Shown piece by piece: positions 1-9,423 of a stretch of 64,000 bases of DNA. The translations under genes and the position numbers were made by a program. The notes beneath the pieces are model-generated. The model made no database searches. It worked only from the letters and a program-made list of their open reading frames with translations, and was not told the DNA's origin. The DNA is from a virus. The stretch lies in UHGV virus genome UHGV-0240527; one strand, 5' to 3'. The stretch's first letter is position 1. The number at the start of each line of letters is the position of its first letter.

Positions 1-23
1 AAAAAAATATTTGATAAAAACCG

Positions 24-52
24 TTGACACCCTAAAAAGGTTTACGTATTAT
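24..52 (+). promoter_or_regulatory. sigma70-type promoter (TTGACA, 17-bp spacer, TATTAT) upstream of first early ORF
   Basis: TTGACA at 24-29 and TATTAT at 47-52 read directly; GGAG RBS follows before ATG at 103. Confidence 0.5.
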
Positions 53-102
53 TTGCATCAGACGGGCAAGCTAGCCCACTTCCTAAACTGGAGAATCTAA
101 AA

Positions 103-294
103 ATGGCATCAAGAAAAATCAAAGTCGGTGATGAGGTTAACGTTAAGTATGAGCACTCTCATAAAATGTTAACTATTCGCTCTTACAAGGTTTATCAGGT
201 GGAAGCTATCCACGAAGACGGTACATTTTCCCTAAAAGGACATAGCGAACGTTTCCCTGCTGAATTGTTCGAAAAATGGAGTACTAAAAAATGA
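103..294 (+). CDS. hypothetical early protein
   Basis: ORF track; ATG preceded by GGAG RBS; part of co-oriented small-gene cluster. Confidence 0.6.
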   Translation: MASRKIKVGDEVNVKYEHSHKMLTIRSYKVYQVEAIHEDGTFSLKGHSERFPAELFEKWSTKK

Positions 295-497
295 TTTACA
301 GCCGTGAATTGATGGTTACAACTAACGTTAACACAAAGGCAAAACGTTTTTACATGCAAATCTGTGGCGTATGGTCCAGAATATCAGAAGCCGACTATTG
401 CAACTATGTAGAAACGGCAATCAACTCGAATTGCTACCTTACAAGAAGCACTAAGAATTTTACAAGGAAGACAGCGATTTACTACTACGATAAATAA
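291..497 (+). CDS. hypothetical early protein
   Basis: ORF track; start overlaps upstream stop (ATGA), suggesting translational coupling. Confidence 0.5.
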   Translation: MIYSRELMVTTNVNTKAKRFYMQICGVWSRISEADYCNYVETAINSNCYLTRSTKNFTRKTAIYYYDK

Positions 498-583
498 AGT
501 ACTTTACAAGGGGCTTACAGTTCGATAGAGTAAGCCCCAGATAAAGAGCTTTACTAACTAACCTTAAACTAGGAGATTCTAAA
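498..583 (+). promoter_or_regulatory. family A intergenic cassette: TTTACA/-10-like promoter overlapping GGGGCTTA..TAAGCCCC hairpin, conserved 5'UTR with GGAG RBS
   Basis: near-identical cassette occurs six times upstream of early ORFs; hairpin arms covary between copies. Confidence 0.5.
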
Positions 584-964
584 ATGGCTTATCGTGCACC
601 GAAATTCATCAACAAAGACAACTTTCGCAACGTACTGGAGAAGGCACTTGATGAAAAATTTAAAGGTAACATTATTATTGTTCACTCATTCAATTTTAAG
701 TATGACATCAACGGGAATAAAATAAACCATTACACGGCAACCATGTTAGATGGTACGCTATCAAGTGAAAAAGCCGTACTGAATGCACTTGCTGGACGTG
801 GTAAAAACCTGATAAGCTGCAATAAGAGACGTTATCAGGGTGGCGCATATGGTTATGATGATGCTGTTTACCATCTTGAAAATATGGGCTATTCAGTGGA
901 GAAAGCTGGAGTGTCTCAAATAATTGGTAGTGATGGCTATGTGACAATATTCAAAATTAAATAA
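584..964 (+). CDS. hypothetical early protein
   Basis: ORF track; conserved cassette and GGAG RBS upstream. Confidence 0.6.
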   Translation: MAYRAPKFINKDNFRNVLEKALDEKFKGNIIIVHSFNFKYDINGNKINHYTATMLDGTLSSEKAVLNALAGRGKNLISCNKRRYQGGAYGYDDAVYHLENMGYSVEKAGVSQIIGSDGYVTIFKIK

Positions 965-1051
965 AAAGTACTTTACAAGGGGCTTATAGTTCGGTAGAGT
1001 AAGCCCCAGATAAAGAGCTTTACCACTCAATCCTAAATTGGAGATTCTAAA
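965..1051 (+). promoter_or_regulatory. family A intergenic cassette (promoter, hairpin, conserved 5'UTR)
   Basis: TTTACA at about 972-977, TAGAGT at about 995-1000, hairpin at about 979-1007. Confidence 0.5.
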
Positions 1052-1342
1052 ATGGCTATTATCAAAAACGTTGTAATTCCTGCAAAAACTCGTGATGACG
1101 CTCGCATCATGGCGAAAAAGTTAGGCGGGAAAGTTGTTGACAACGGAAAACAATCTGCTGTAAGATGGGGCGTGAAGACTGATAGACAGTTGAAGTTAAA
1201 AAATTCACCCATAAACCTTTTTACATGTGTAAACACTATTGGGAAGACAAATGTATACACAAAAAAGGCATATATTAGACGCGTAGCCTTAACATCCCCC
1301 ATTCGTACAATGAGAGGTTATGCAAAACTGAAAATTAATTGA
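1052..1342 (+). CDS. hypothetical early protein
   Basis: ORF track; cassette and RBS upstream. Confidence 0.6.
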   Translation: MAIIKNVVIPAKTRDDARIMAKKLGGKVVDNGKQSAVRWGVKTDRQLKLKNSPINLFTCVNTIGKTNVYTKKAYIRRVALTSPIRTMRGYAKLKIN

Positions 1343-1430
1343 TAAAGTACTTTACAGGGGGCTTAAAAGTTGGTATCTTAAGCCCCAGATAAAGAGCTTT
1401 ACCACTAAATCCTAAACTGGAGATTCAAAA
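1343..1430 (+). promoter_or_regulatory. family A intergenic cassette (hairpin variant GGGGCTTAA/TTAAGCCCC)
   Basis: same architecture as the other family A copies with compensatory stem changes. Confidence 0.5.
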
Positions 1431-1943
1431 ATGAAAACTGTAGACGCTACCTTTGAAGTTGTAAAAGAAAAATTTACCATTATCTATGAAGCTGTTAATT
1501 GCTATGAAGCAAGCCACAACCTTGATAATTGGAAGTTTACGGATGACCATCAAGGCGGCGTGACTATTAAAAACCCCAACTATCAGTATAATGAATTTAA
1601 ATATGCAATCCCTTTACATTACAGCCTTAAACAGCTTTCAAGTGACTATGCAAAACAAGGCCGGGAAAATCCATCAAAAGAGGCTTACACCAGCTTACAG
1701 GGAGAACTAGAAAGGGATTTAGAGGCTTCAGAATATAACATTGCCGCGAAAGTTGTGGATGTAAACGGTAGAACGGTTTTAGACAGCTTTTACATTGGTT
1801 GCGCTTTTGATTGGGCCTATAGTGACGAGGAGAATTTAGAGGATAGACTAAGAGAAGAGGTGAACAACGCAGACGCAGAATCTGAAGTATTAGAACACTT
1901 GGAAGCATTAAAAGATTCAGTGATGAATATCTTTAAGGACTAA
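1431..1943 (+). CDS. hypothetical early protein
   Basis: ORF track; cassette and RBS upstream. Confidence 0.6.
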   Translation: MKTVDATFEVVKEKFTIIYEAVNCYEASHNLDNWKFTDDHQGGVTIKNPNYQYNEFKYAIPLHYSLKQLSSDYAKQGRENPSKEAYTSLQGELERDLEASEYNIAAKVVDVNGRTVLDSFYIGCAFDWAYSDEENLEDRLREEVNNADAESEVLEHLEALKDSVMNIFKD

Positions 1944-2031
1944 ATAGACCTCTTTACACGGGGCTATCAAGCTGATAAGATAGCCCCAGATAAAGAGCTT
2001 TACCACTAAATCCTAAACTGGAGATTCAAAA
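1944..2031 (+). promoter_or_regulatory. family A intergenic cassette (hairpin variant GGGGCTATC/GATAGCCCC)
   Basis: conserved TTTACA, 17-bp spacing to TAAGAT, conserved downstream UTR. Confidence 0.5.
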
Positions 2032-2328
2032 ATGAAATTATCAAATAAAGTCCGTGAAAATCTAAGCAAGTTGCTCAACAAAATTGATTTTATCGAGACA
2101 TCAAGGAATAGCCATGATGTTATGGAATGGTTACACGGCAAAATAAAAGGTCGCCGTGTAGTGATTTGCTTATGGAACAGTTGCAGGGAGTATAAAAAAC
2201 CTGTATTGCAAGTTAATATATACGATGATACTTTTAAAAGTCCTGTAAAGTCTAAAAGTGATTTATTAGAATCCTATGAGATAACTGTAAATGGCAAAGT
2301 ATCACGTAAAGAGGAAACACCATGTTAA
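2032..2328 (+). CDS. hypothetical early protein
   Basis: ORF track; cassette and RBS upstream. Confidence 0.6.
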   Translation: MKLSNKVRENLSKLLNKIDFIETSRNSHDVMEWLHGKIKGRRVVICLWNSCREYKKPVLQVNIYDDTFKSPVKSKSDLLESYEITVNGKVSRKEETPC

Positions 2329-2654
2329 TGACTGGTATCACTGCAATCATTGCCATTTTCGCGCTATATAAGGCATATAAAGCCTATAATCTAGCAAATA
2401 AGGCAATCACACAGCAGGTTAGCAATAGCCTTGTAGAAAGCTTTCTAGGGCGTCTCAGTGATGAGCAAATAAAGCGGTTAGAAATGAGCTTCAGATTCAA
2501 AGCGAAAACCTATCAGATAAGTGACATCTTCAAGGATGATTTCCAGTTAGCCGATGATTATAATTCTCTGATAAATGCTTTAAATATCAGTGACTTAAAA
2601 GACTACTACGCTGTAATTGTTCAAGAATTGAGCAAACGAAAACAAAACTGTTGA
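2322..2654 (+). CDS. hypothetical early protein
   Basis: ORF track; short overlap with upstream gene. Confidence 0.5.
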   Translation: MLMTGITAIIAIFALYKAYKAYNLANKAITQQVSNSLVESFLGRLSDEQIKRLEMSFRFKAKTYQISDIFKDDFQLADDYNSLINALNISDLKDYYAVIVQELSKRKQNC

Positions 2655-2743
2655 CACTTGTTTTTAGATAGACTAAATTACACATCAACGGGGAGGGAAT
2701 GACCTTCCCACTAAATAAAGTCCTTAAACTAGGAGATTCTAAA
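2655..2743 (+). promoter_or_regulatory. family B intergenic cassette: TTGACA, 17-bp spacer, TAAATT promoter followed by GGGGAGGGAATGACCTTCCCC UTR hairpin and GGAG RBS
   Basis: cassette occurs four times upstream of early ORFs. Confidence 0.5.
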
Positions 2744-3016
2744 ATGTATACTACTAACAATGGCCGCACTTTGAACGTCACACTACGTCACTATGTAGGT
2801 GGTGTCATGCACTTTGAAGATTTACAAGCTGAACAACATATCTTAGATTGGCAAGTAGCAGGACTCCAAAAAACTGCTACCGGATACGGCAAAAAGATTC
2901 CAACTAGCTGGAAAGTTCACTATGAAGGCCGTTTACGTAGAATTTATCAGGATGTATGTAGTAATAGCACATCAAGTTATATCATAGTAAAAGGTAAAAA
3001 GCTGCATTTAGCATAA
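2744..3016 (+). CDS. hypothetical early protein
   Basis: ORF track frame; start moved from 2699 to the ATG at 2744 that follows the conserved GGAG RBS (2699 lies inside the UTR hairpin). Confidence 0.55.
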   Translation: MYTTNNGRTLNVTLRHYVGGVMHFEDLQAEQHILDWQVAGLQKTATGYGKKIPTSWKVHYEGRLRRIYQDVCSNSTSSYIIVKGKKLHLA

Positions 3017-3101
3017 AGTACTTTACAAGGGGCTTATAGTTCGATAAAGTAAGCCCCAGATAAAGAGCTTTATCACTCAATCCTAAATTGGAGATTCAAA
3101 A
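3017..3101 (+). promoter_or_regulatory. family A intergenic cassette
   Basis: conserved promoter/hairpin/UTR module. Confidence 0.5.
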
Positions 3102-3506
3102 ATGACTATTAATAATCGTGAGTTATCAATCTTAAAAGCACGTTTGACCGTTAACCGGATTAATGTTATTACGTCATCAGCACCGGATGAGACATTGCAC
3201 AACATTATCGGGAAGATTCAAAGTGTTATCTTAGACGTTGAAAACGTAAAAAATTCATTAGCTGACGTTGCAGCAGGTATCACGCTAGACGGTGCACAAT
3301 ATGAAATGGCTGACATGTTAGGCAAATCTAAGGTAATGAATAAAGAGCTTGATTTAAAAATGTTCCGCTTTGCCGTGAAAGTGTGGCTATCTGTCGAGTA
3401 TGACGCAAATTTTGCAATCGCTGACTTTTTCGCAACATGGTTGCAACGTAATTTAACAAATCATGATTTCCGTGATATCTGCGACGTAATTTACGCAGAA
3501 CTTTAA
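3102..3506 (+). CDS. hypothetical early protein
   Basis: ORF track; cassette upstream. Confidence 0.6.
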   Translation: MTINNRELSILKARLTVNRINVITSSAPDETLHNIIGKIQSVILDVENVKNSLADVAAGITLDGAQYEMADMLGKSKVMNKELDLKMFRFAVKVWLSVEYDANFAIADFFATWLQRNLTNHDFRDICDVIYAEL

Positions 3507-3609
3507 AAATTTCTCTTGATTTTGGTTTTTAAAACAAGTAAATTACTAATCAACGGGGAGGGAATGACCTTCCCCACTAAGTAAAGTCCTTAAACTAGGA
3601 GATTCAAAA
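3507..3609 (+). promoter_or_regulatory. family B intergenic cassette
   Basis: TTGATT and TAAATT hexamers, GGGGAGGG..CCTTCCCC hairpin, GGAG RBS. Confidence 0.5.
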
Positions 3610-3813
3610 ATGGCTATTATTAACGGCTTAAACATTGAAACTACTCACATCAAAGATATCAAAGTTGGTGATATAGTCCTTTTTCACGGCGTAGAAAAAA
3701 CCGTCACTGAAAAGGATATCAAGGAGGATTCATTCATGGGCCGGACTCTCTTCGGTGATTCCTATTGCTTAGGTTACCTTGCAGTTTTAAAAGTTGTCAA
3801 AAATAACCGTTAA
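3610..3813 (+). CDS. hypothetical early protein
   Basis: ORF track; cassette upstream. Confidence 0.6.
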   Translation: MAIINGLNIETTHIKDIKVGDIVLFHGVEKTVTEKDIKEDSFMGRTLFGDSYCLGYLAVLKVVKNNR

Positions 3814-3899
3814 AGTACTTTACAAGGGGTTTATAGTTCGATAAAGTAAGCCCCAGATAAAGAGCTTTACCACATTAATCCTAAACTGGAGATTCAAAA
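3814..3899 (+). promoter_or_regulatory. family A intergenic cassette
   Basis: conserved promoter/hairpin/UTR module. Confidence 0.5.
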
Positions 3900-4442
3900 A
3901 TGAAATGCTTTCACGGTACTACTCAAGAAAACTTCGTCAACCTGATTAATAACGGTGATAAACCATCAGGCGCATGGAATTGTTCGGATATGGATGGCAA
4001 TTTTTACGTTTATCCAGAAAATAAAATCTATGGCGACGATGAGGAAGAAATAATCTCTGAAGGCATTCAACAAGCTTTAGGTAATGCCACTATAACGGCA
4101 GCTTTTCAGATGAAAACTCAAAACATTGTTATCTTGGAACTTGATATTCCAGAAGATGAGTTGAATGATGATTATTCTTGTGATAATATGTCGAGTGTGG
4201 CAAGTTTTACAGAGTATTTTGATATAAGCTGGATTAAAAAGGTTTATATCACTGAATTTAATGCTATGTTTTCACCTTTTTGTCTTCCTTCACTGGATAA
4301 CCCGAACTTAAACTATCTTGATGAGTCTCTGGAACTTCTCGCTAAAAGTGTTCAGCAATCGGACAGTATTCAGGTTTTTTGTGACATCATGGATACACTA
4401 ACAGGAAACATTGCAGAAGAGGATTTGAAGAGTTTTTTCTAA
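3900..4442 (+). CDS. hypothetical early protein (acidic)
   Basis: ORF track; cassette upstream. Confidence 0.6.
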   Translation: MKCFHGTTQENFVNLINNGDKPSGAWNCSDMDGNFYVYPENKIYGDDEEEIISEGIQQALGNATITAAFQMKTQNIVILELDIPEDELNDDYSCDNMSSVASFTEYFDISWIKKVYITEFNAMFSPFCLPSLDNPNLNYLDESLELLAKSVQQSDSIQVFCDIMDTLTGNIAEEDLKSFF

Positions 4443-4474
4443 AAACCTATGCAATCACCTTATAAACACTGATT

Positions 4475-4495
4475 AGCCCCTCACAGGGGCTTTTA
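4475..4495 (+). terminator. putative intrinsic terminator hairpin (AGCCCCT..AGGGGCT + TTTT)
   Basis: GC stem followed by T run, directly before AGGAGG RBS of next ORF. Confidence 0.45.
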
Positions 4496-4508
4496 GGAGG
4501 CTTTAATC

Positions 4509-4742
4509 ATGCTTACAACCATTTACCTCATCCTTTCTATCTGTAATGGTCATTCATGTGACTTTAAAGGGCTTGAAGAGTTTACAGGAAGTAAAGAAAA
4601 TGCTATTCAAGTGTGCCAGATAGCAAGGCAAGACTATCCCGCCAGTGATGATATTCAATGCTACTTTAAGACAGAAGATGACGATGGAATCTATTTCGAC
4701 AGTGTTGATGGTCAATATGAAATTATCATTGAAAAAGACTAG
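4509..4742 (+). CDS. hypothetical early protein
   Basis: ORF track; AGGAGG RBS. Confidence 0.55.
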   Translation: MLTTIYLILSICNGHSCDFKGLEEFTGSKENAIQVCQIARQDYPASDDIQCYFKTEDDDGIYFDSVDGQYEIIIEKD

Positions 4743-4831
4743 ACAAGCCTGATAAAAGTCTGTAAATTACACATCAACGGGGAGGGAATGACCTTCCCCA
4801 CTAAATAAAGTCCTAAACTGGAGTTATCAAG
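4743..4831 (+). promoter_or_regulatory. family B intergenic cassette
   Basis: TAAATT -10, GGGGAGGGAATGACCTTCCCC hairpin, conserved UTR. Confidence 0.5.
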
Positions 4832-5095
4832 ATGGAAAACGTAGAATTAACCACACTATTGCAGATTGCAACTGATAAAGAGGATGTAGCATTGTTCCAT
4901 CGCATCGAGAGTGATTTGTTCAATGGTGAAATCATCAAAGAGTCTTACGAAGTTGTCGGATTCAAAGATGGTAAAGCATTTGGCTTTTTTGACCTCGACA
5001 AAGGTAACGCGGTTACAAAGTACGATGTTCTATCTTGTGAAATTCTGACAAAATACAACGAAAAAAGGCTTGCAACCTACGCCAATATGCAGTAA
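4832..5095 (+). CDS. hypothetical early protein
   Basis: ORF track; cassette upstream. Confidence 0.55.
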   Translation: MENVELTTLLQIATDKEDVALFHRIESDLFNGEIIKESYEVVGFKDGKAFGFFDLDKGNAVTKYDVLSCEILTKYNEKRLATYANMQ

Positions 5096-5175
5096 ATTAC
5101 TAATCAACGGGGAGGGGATGACCTTCCCCACTAAATAAAACCCTTAAACTACTTCCTAAACTGGAGATTCAAAAA
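5096..5175 (+). promoter_or_regulatory. family B intergenic cassette
   Basis: TAAATT -10, GGGGAGGGGATGACCTTCCCC hairpin, conserved UTR. Confidence 0.5.
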
Positions 5176-5424
5176 ATGGCAACTATCCGCGCAATTGTAA
5201 ATTCTTATGGCTGCTACACTCTGGACGTTAAATTTGATATAGGCGGGACTGATGAGTGTTTCGAACTGGTGAAGACGGTCATTAAACAAGTTATCCCAGA
5301 CTATAACCCTACTGATGACTTCTGGAAAGATGCAGTAAAAGAGGCGTTGAGCGATGAATATCATTACCATTATTGGGGTGACTTGATTATCTCTCTGTAC
5401 TACAGCAAACAAGGTTACAACTAA
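5176..5424 (+). CDS. hypothetical early protein
   Basis: ORF track; cassette and RBS upstream. Confidence 0.6.
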   Translation: MATIRAIVNSYGCYTLDVKFDIGGTDECFELVKTVIKQVIPDYNPTDDFWKDAVKEALSDEYHYHYWGDLIISLYYSKQGYN

Positions 5425-5462
5425 TCGACGCAACGGGGCTATTTAGCCCCAGATACCTTTAC

Positions 5463-5490
5463 AGCCCCTTTCTCATAGGGGCTTTTTTAC
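5463..5490 (+). terminator. intrinsic terminator closing the early cluster
   Basis: AGCCCCT..AGGGGCT stem followed by TTTTTT; preceded by a family A-type GGGGCTA..TAGCCCC hairpin. Confidence 0.6.
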
Positions 5491-7095
5491 GTCTCTGTAA
5501 TAGCCTCTATACAACCCTTTCCCTTCCCTTTCCAGAATCTATCCCACTAATTCGATAGAATCTATCCCGTACCTTAAAAGCAATAACTCTATAGTCTACT
5601 CTATAACCTCTTATCAAATCAACTTAAATAAAAGCCCATAACCCGAAAGGGAAGGGCAACCATTTAAACGCTCTATAAAGCCCTATAACAGCCTTATCAA
5701 CCTAACTTAAGGGATTGCATTAACCCACTCTAAAAAGCCCTTTATAGAGCTTCCCAGAGCCTTAGAAGAATCTTATAAGGGTGTAAGCTTTATCATCTCG
5801 TTAGTATTCTTGTGAACTACTAAAAAGGGCTTGGTAGTTCCTTTAAAGTATGTTATAGGGGCTATAAAGTTACTTTGAAGTAGCTTAAAAGTTACGTAAA
5901 TGCTAGCCCCCTTAACATTTTCTTAACAATTTCTTAACAAACCCTACATAGTTATGCTTGTTAGAGACTTGTTAGCCCCTTGTTAAATCTCTGTTAAGAC
6001 CACGTAAAAGCCTTGTAAGAGTCTTTAGCATAGCCTTTAAAGCCTCTGTAAAGCCCTATAAAGAGCTATCCATACAGTTGAGGGGTAGATACTAGGAAGA
6101 GACTTAAAAGAGCTTATAAAGAGCTATAGAGAGCTTTTAAGAGGTATGTTTAGAGAATCACTAAGTAAGAGAGGGAACGATAAGGAAGAGTTAGTGACCA
6201 TGTTAATAGCTTGTTAAAAAGATTAAACACTTGTTAGGAACTTGTTAATTATCCCTACAAAATAACTCTTTAAAATTAACTTGTTAGCTCTTGTTAGTCA
6301 TCTGTTAAGATTCTGTAAAGTCTATGTATCAACTGTTAAGAAACTGTTACATCCTTGTTAGTTCTGTTAAGAATCTGTTAAGACCTTTGGAGAGATGTTA
6401 AGAGCTTGTGAGAACTGTTAAGAGATTGTTAAGGATATTTTAAAATTCTGCAAAGGGATGGTAAGGGAGTTGTTAAGGGTTACCAAGCAGATATACATCC
6501 TAATCAGATATTTTTGAGTTCCTTCAAAGACCCTAAAAAATGACTTGATAGTCCTATTTTATAAAAATTTTAAAAATCTGAATAATTACCTAGACAGTCT
6601 TTTAAAAATACAGGTAGAAACAGGCTTATAAGATACCTTGTTAGTACCGTGTTAGACCTTGTGAGATAAGGTCTGTGAAGATATTCCTGTTAAGTTTGTT
6701 AAAACAGTCTATATAGAGGTTTAGTAATACCTAGTGAACACCTATAGAGGGTAACATAGCTTACCTAGAGATTAAGAGGTGTATAGAGGCTTCTAAGAGC
6801 GTATAGAGAGATGGTTAAGGTGATTGTATAGGTTGTTAAGAAGGCTTGTTAGAAGATTGTTTATAAGGCTTATTAAAGGGCTAGTTAGAAGGCTTATACA
6901 GGGGGCTATTAAGACCACTAGATAGTTACTAAGATACTATATAGTACTATATAACTATATAGAGAGTAAGATTAAGGAGGTTGTTAAGAAGGATAGATAT
7001 TTTGTTCACATATGCTGGTGACCCAGAGGTTGGGACAACCGATAAAATTTTATAAAAATTAAAAAAGCCCCCAATTAAGGAGGCTCTTAAGGTAT
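5490..7095. repeat. 1.6-kb non-coding region dense in short direct repeats (TGTTAAG/TGTTAGG family, CTATAAAG/CTTAAAAG family)
   Basis: no ORF of 60 aa or more on either strand in the track; dozens of YTGTTARG copies read directly, e.g. around 5950-6010 and 6190-6480. Confidence 0.7.
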
Positions 7096-7097
7096 TT

Positions 7098-7721
7098 TTA
7101 AATCAGTGTTTCCAGAACTGTTTTTAGTGATGACTTGGTTGTCTGATAAAAATGAGTAAAGCCGTTGTTGTTATCGAATATCTGCATCATGATATCATCT
7201 CCCTTGATTGGGTATACTCGGATATCATAGTGAAAACCATTAAAGACACAAGACCCATTACAGAATGCACTAAAGTCATCCACTGAGATATACTCTTCAT
7301 GTCCTGTGATTTTTATACAGATACCTTTACTCGGTCTCTTAGGATTAATATCTTCCATCACAGACATATTCTGTCCACCAAGAGATACCATAGTGACCAC
7401 TTTACGGTTCTTCTGTCTAAAGTACATCTTAACTTTCTGCAAAGTGTCTTCATAGAACGGATAAGACCTAGCTACAAAGATTCCTTCAAGTGGCTCTTTA
7501 CCATTTTCAACTTCTCTGGTATGTCGTACTGCAAAGATAATTTGTTGGAACCAGTTAAGATTTTCTTCGGAGAGTGCTTCTCGAACATCACTCCAGTCAA
7601 GGACTAAGTAGTTACCTTCAACTTCTTTTAAGTTATCTTTTTCCATATCTATCACACCATTATCGTAAAACTTGATATTCTGGTACTGCGAATTTATTAC
7701 TATTGTTCTTGATGAGGTCAT
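7098..7721 (-). CDS. hypothetical protein
   Basis: ORF track; first gene of long minus-strand operon (last transcribed). Confidence 0.45.
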   Translation of the reverse strand: MTSSRTIVINSQYQNIKFYDNGVIDMEKDNLKEVEGNYLVLDWSDVREALSEENLNWFQQIIFAVRHTREVENGKEPLEGIFVARSYPFYEDTLQKVKMYFRQKNRKVVTMVSLGGQNMSVMEDINPKRPSKGICIKITGHEEYISVDDFSAFCNGSCVFNGFHYDIRVYPIKGDDIMMQIFDNNNGFTHFYQTTKSSLKTVLETLI

Positions 7722-8124
7722 CCTCTGAAACTAAAAATGTAATACCACATAAGTGTCTGTAACGACTATCATACTCGAATATCTTAAACAGATATTTACC
7801 ATCATGATAAACCTGTTGCACTTCACCTTCTGCAACAATCTCGCCTGTAATAAAATTTTTTAGTTTATACACATTACCAACTTTAGGTACTGTTTTCATC
7901 TCAGGCTCTTTTAGTGCTACACCTATTTTTGCATCACCGAGTAAATGAGAACTCTCAAAAGCTACGTGTTTCATATAAGCTTCTGAGCATTCCCAAATAA
8001 AACAATGTACAAGAACCTTAGCAGCATGTCTTGAGCAGTTCAACTTATCACAAATTTCTGTGTACATCTCATCTTTAGTAGAATTGTCAAGCATTGCTCT
8101 TTGCACTACTTCTTTAATTTTCAT
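7660..8124 (-). CDS. hypothetical protein
   Basis: ORF track. Confidence 0.45.
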   Translation of the reverse strand: MKIKEVVQRAMLDNSTKDEMYTEICDKLNCSRHAAKVLVHCFIWECSEAYMKHVAFESSHLLGDAKIGVALKEPEMKTVPKVGNVYKLKNFITGEIVAEGEVQQVYHDGKYLFKIFEYDSRYRHLCGITFLVSEDDLIKNNSNKFAVPEYQVLR

Positions 8125-8536
8125 AAGCTCTCCGAATAACCCTATTAAGCATCTCTAAAGTCAGCTTTCCAGATTCTAAATGTGGCATGATGAGTTTTAA
8201 AGCTTTTTCAACATCATTCACAACATCTATTATACCTTCTGCATAGGCTTCTACAAGGATATCTTTTACACCGATATAGCCTTCATTGATAATGATTTGC
8301 ATATCAAAATCTTCTGATTGCTTGTTTAACTTACCTCTCCAATACCCATCAGCATTAAAAGATATCACTTCACACTCTTTAAAATCCATATCATCTGCAT
8401 GGAATGGAGTAATTATTGTGCATTGGATTGGGTACTCTACACCAGTGGTGTCAACATCAAAGACCTTCACAGAAGTAAGTGGTTTCTTTGTTTTAGAGCA
8501 GTAAACTGCCAATCTTTTACCAATAAGCTCTTTCAT
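8114..8536 (-). CDS. hypothetical protein
   Basis: ORF track. Confidence 0.5.
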   Translation of the reverse strand: MKELIGKRLAVYCSKTKKPLTSVKVFDVDTTGVEYPIQCTIITPFHADDMDFKECEVISFNADGYWRGKLNKQSEDFDMQIIINEGYIGVKDILVEAYAEGIIDVVNDVEKALKLIMPHLESGKLTLEMLNRVIRRAYEN

Positions 8537-8588
8537 TTCGCTACCTTCTAAGTTTCTACAAAGGGGCTATCAAGTAACCCCTAAGTTA

Positions 8589-8813
8589 TTACTCAGACTT
8601 TTCAGTCTTCTTATCGGATTTCTTACTAGTCTTCTCCTCAGCTTTCTGCTCAGGTTCCTTCTCAGGAGTTGCCTTGATAACCATATCAAGAAGCTCTGAT
8701 AAGTCACTCTTCAGCAAAGTAACAGGCTGCTCATTATAGAAGTTTTTGTCAAGATAGACTTTGAACTCTTCAATAGAAGGAAATCCAAAAATTGGTACAG
8801 GCGTCTTAATCAT
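8589..8813 (-). CDS. hypothetical protein (lysine/glutamate-rich C-terminus)
   Basis: ORF track. Confidence 0.4.
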   Translation of the reverse strand: MIKTPVPIFGFPSIEEFKVYLDKNFYNEQPVTLLKSDLSELLDMVIKATPEKEPEQKAEEKTSKKSDKKTEKSE

Positions 8814-8889
8814 TACTTAGTCTCTCCATAGGCATCTTTTAAGATTGCCTTGTTAATCATTTCAGCGATTGCAAAACGAACACATACAG

Positions 8890-9423
8890 CTATAATTGTA
8901 GGTTGCATTCTTTACTTACCTCTTCAAGTTTAACCTCAGAGTCCTTAAGTCGTTTCTTATGAACTCTGAATCTTATTAGTGAGATGATAATACCAGCTAA
9001 AGGAACAGTATACAAGTACCAGATATCATGTAGCTTTGCAGTAATCTGTGCAATGGTCAAATCTTGAGCTATGGAACTGATTGCTGATACTGCCAGTAAC
9101 ATTGCTAAGAAGAAAGCCAGTATCATAACAATATTCAGACAACCTCTGGCATGGTATTCATGCTTAATGCACTTACTCTTTTCGTCAACAACCCTGTTGT
9201 AGTCGTTTGTAAAGTCTCTGTAGAAAGCTTTCAAGTATTCTTTATTGTAGCCTTCAAAGCAACCTGTACCGTACCAATAATCACCACCAAAATGTGCTAT
9301 GATACCAGTATCTCCATTTGGTTTGGTTACTCTTAAAGAAGTATGATGACGAGTATCCTGATAATCTATCTTATATCTCTCTTCAAAAATCATTTTCCAA
9401 CCCCTCTCAATCGTTTGTTCCAT
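8890..9423 (-). CDS. hypothetical membrane protein
   Basis: ORF track; hydrophobic segment LNIVMILAFFLAMLLAVSAISSI consistent with one transmembrane helix. Confidence 0.5.
   Translation of the reverse strand: MEQTIERGWKMIFEERYKIDYQDTRHHTSLRVTKPNGDTGIIAHFGGDYWYGTGCFEGYNKEYLKAFYRDFTNDYNRVVDEKSKCIKHEYHARGCLNIVMILAFFLAMLLAVSAISSIAQDLTIAQITAKLHDIWYLYTVPLAGIIISLIRFRVHKKRLKDSEVKLEEVSKECNLQL

Noticed and set aside
708-5433. Minus-strand ORFs in the early cluster (708-947, 1033-1302, 1627-1908, 2587-2781, 5149-5433)
   Set aside because: All are antisense to, and embedded within, plus-strand ORFs that have conserved promoters and RBSs.
5490-7095. Possible CRISPR array in the repeat-dense non-coding region
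   Set aside because: Repeats are only 7-9 bp, irregularly spaced and degenerate; there are no 25-40 bp identical direct repeats with unique spacers.
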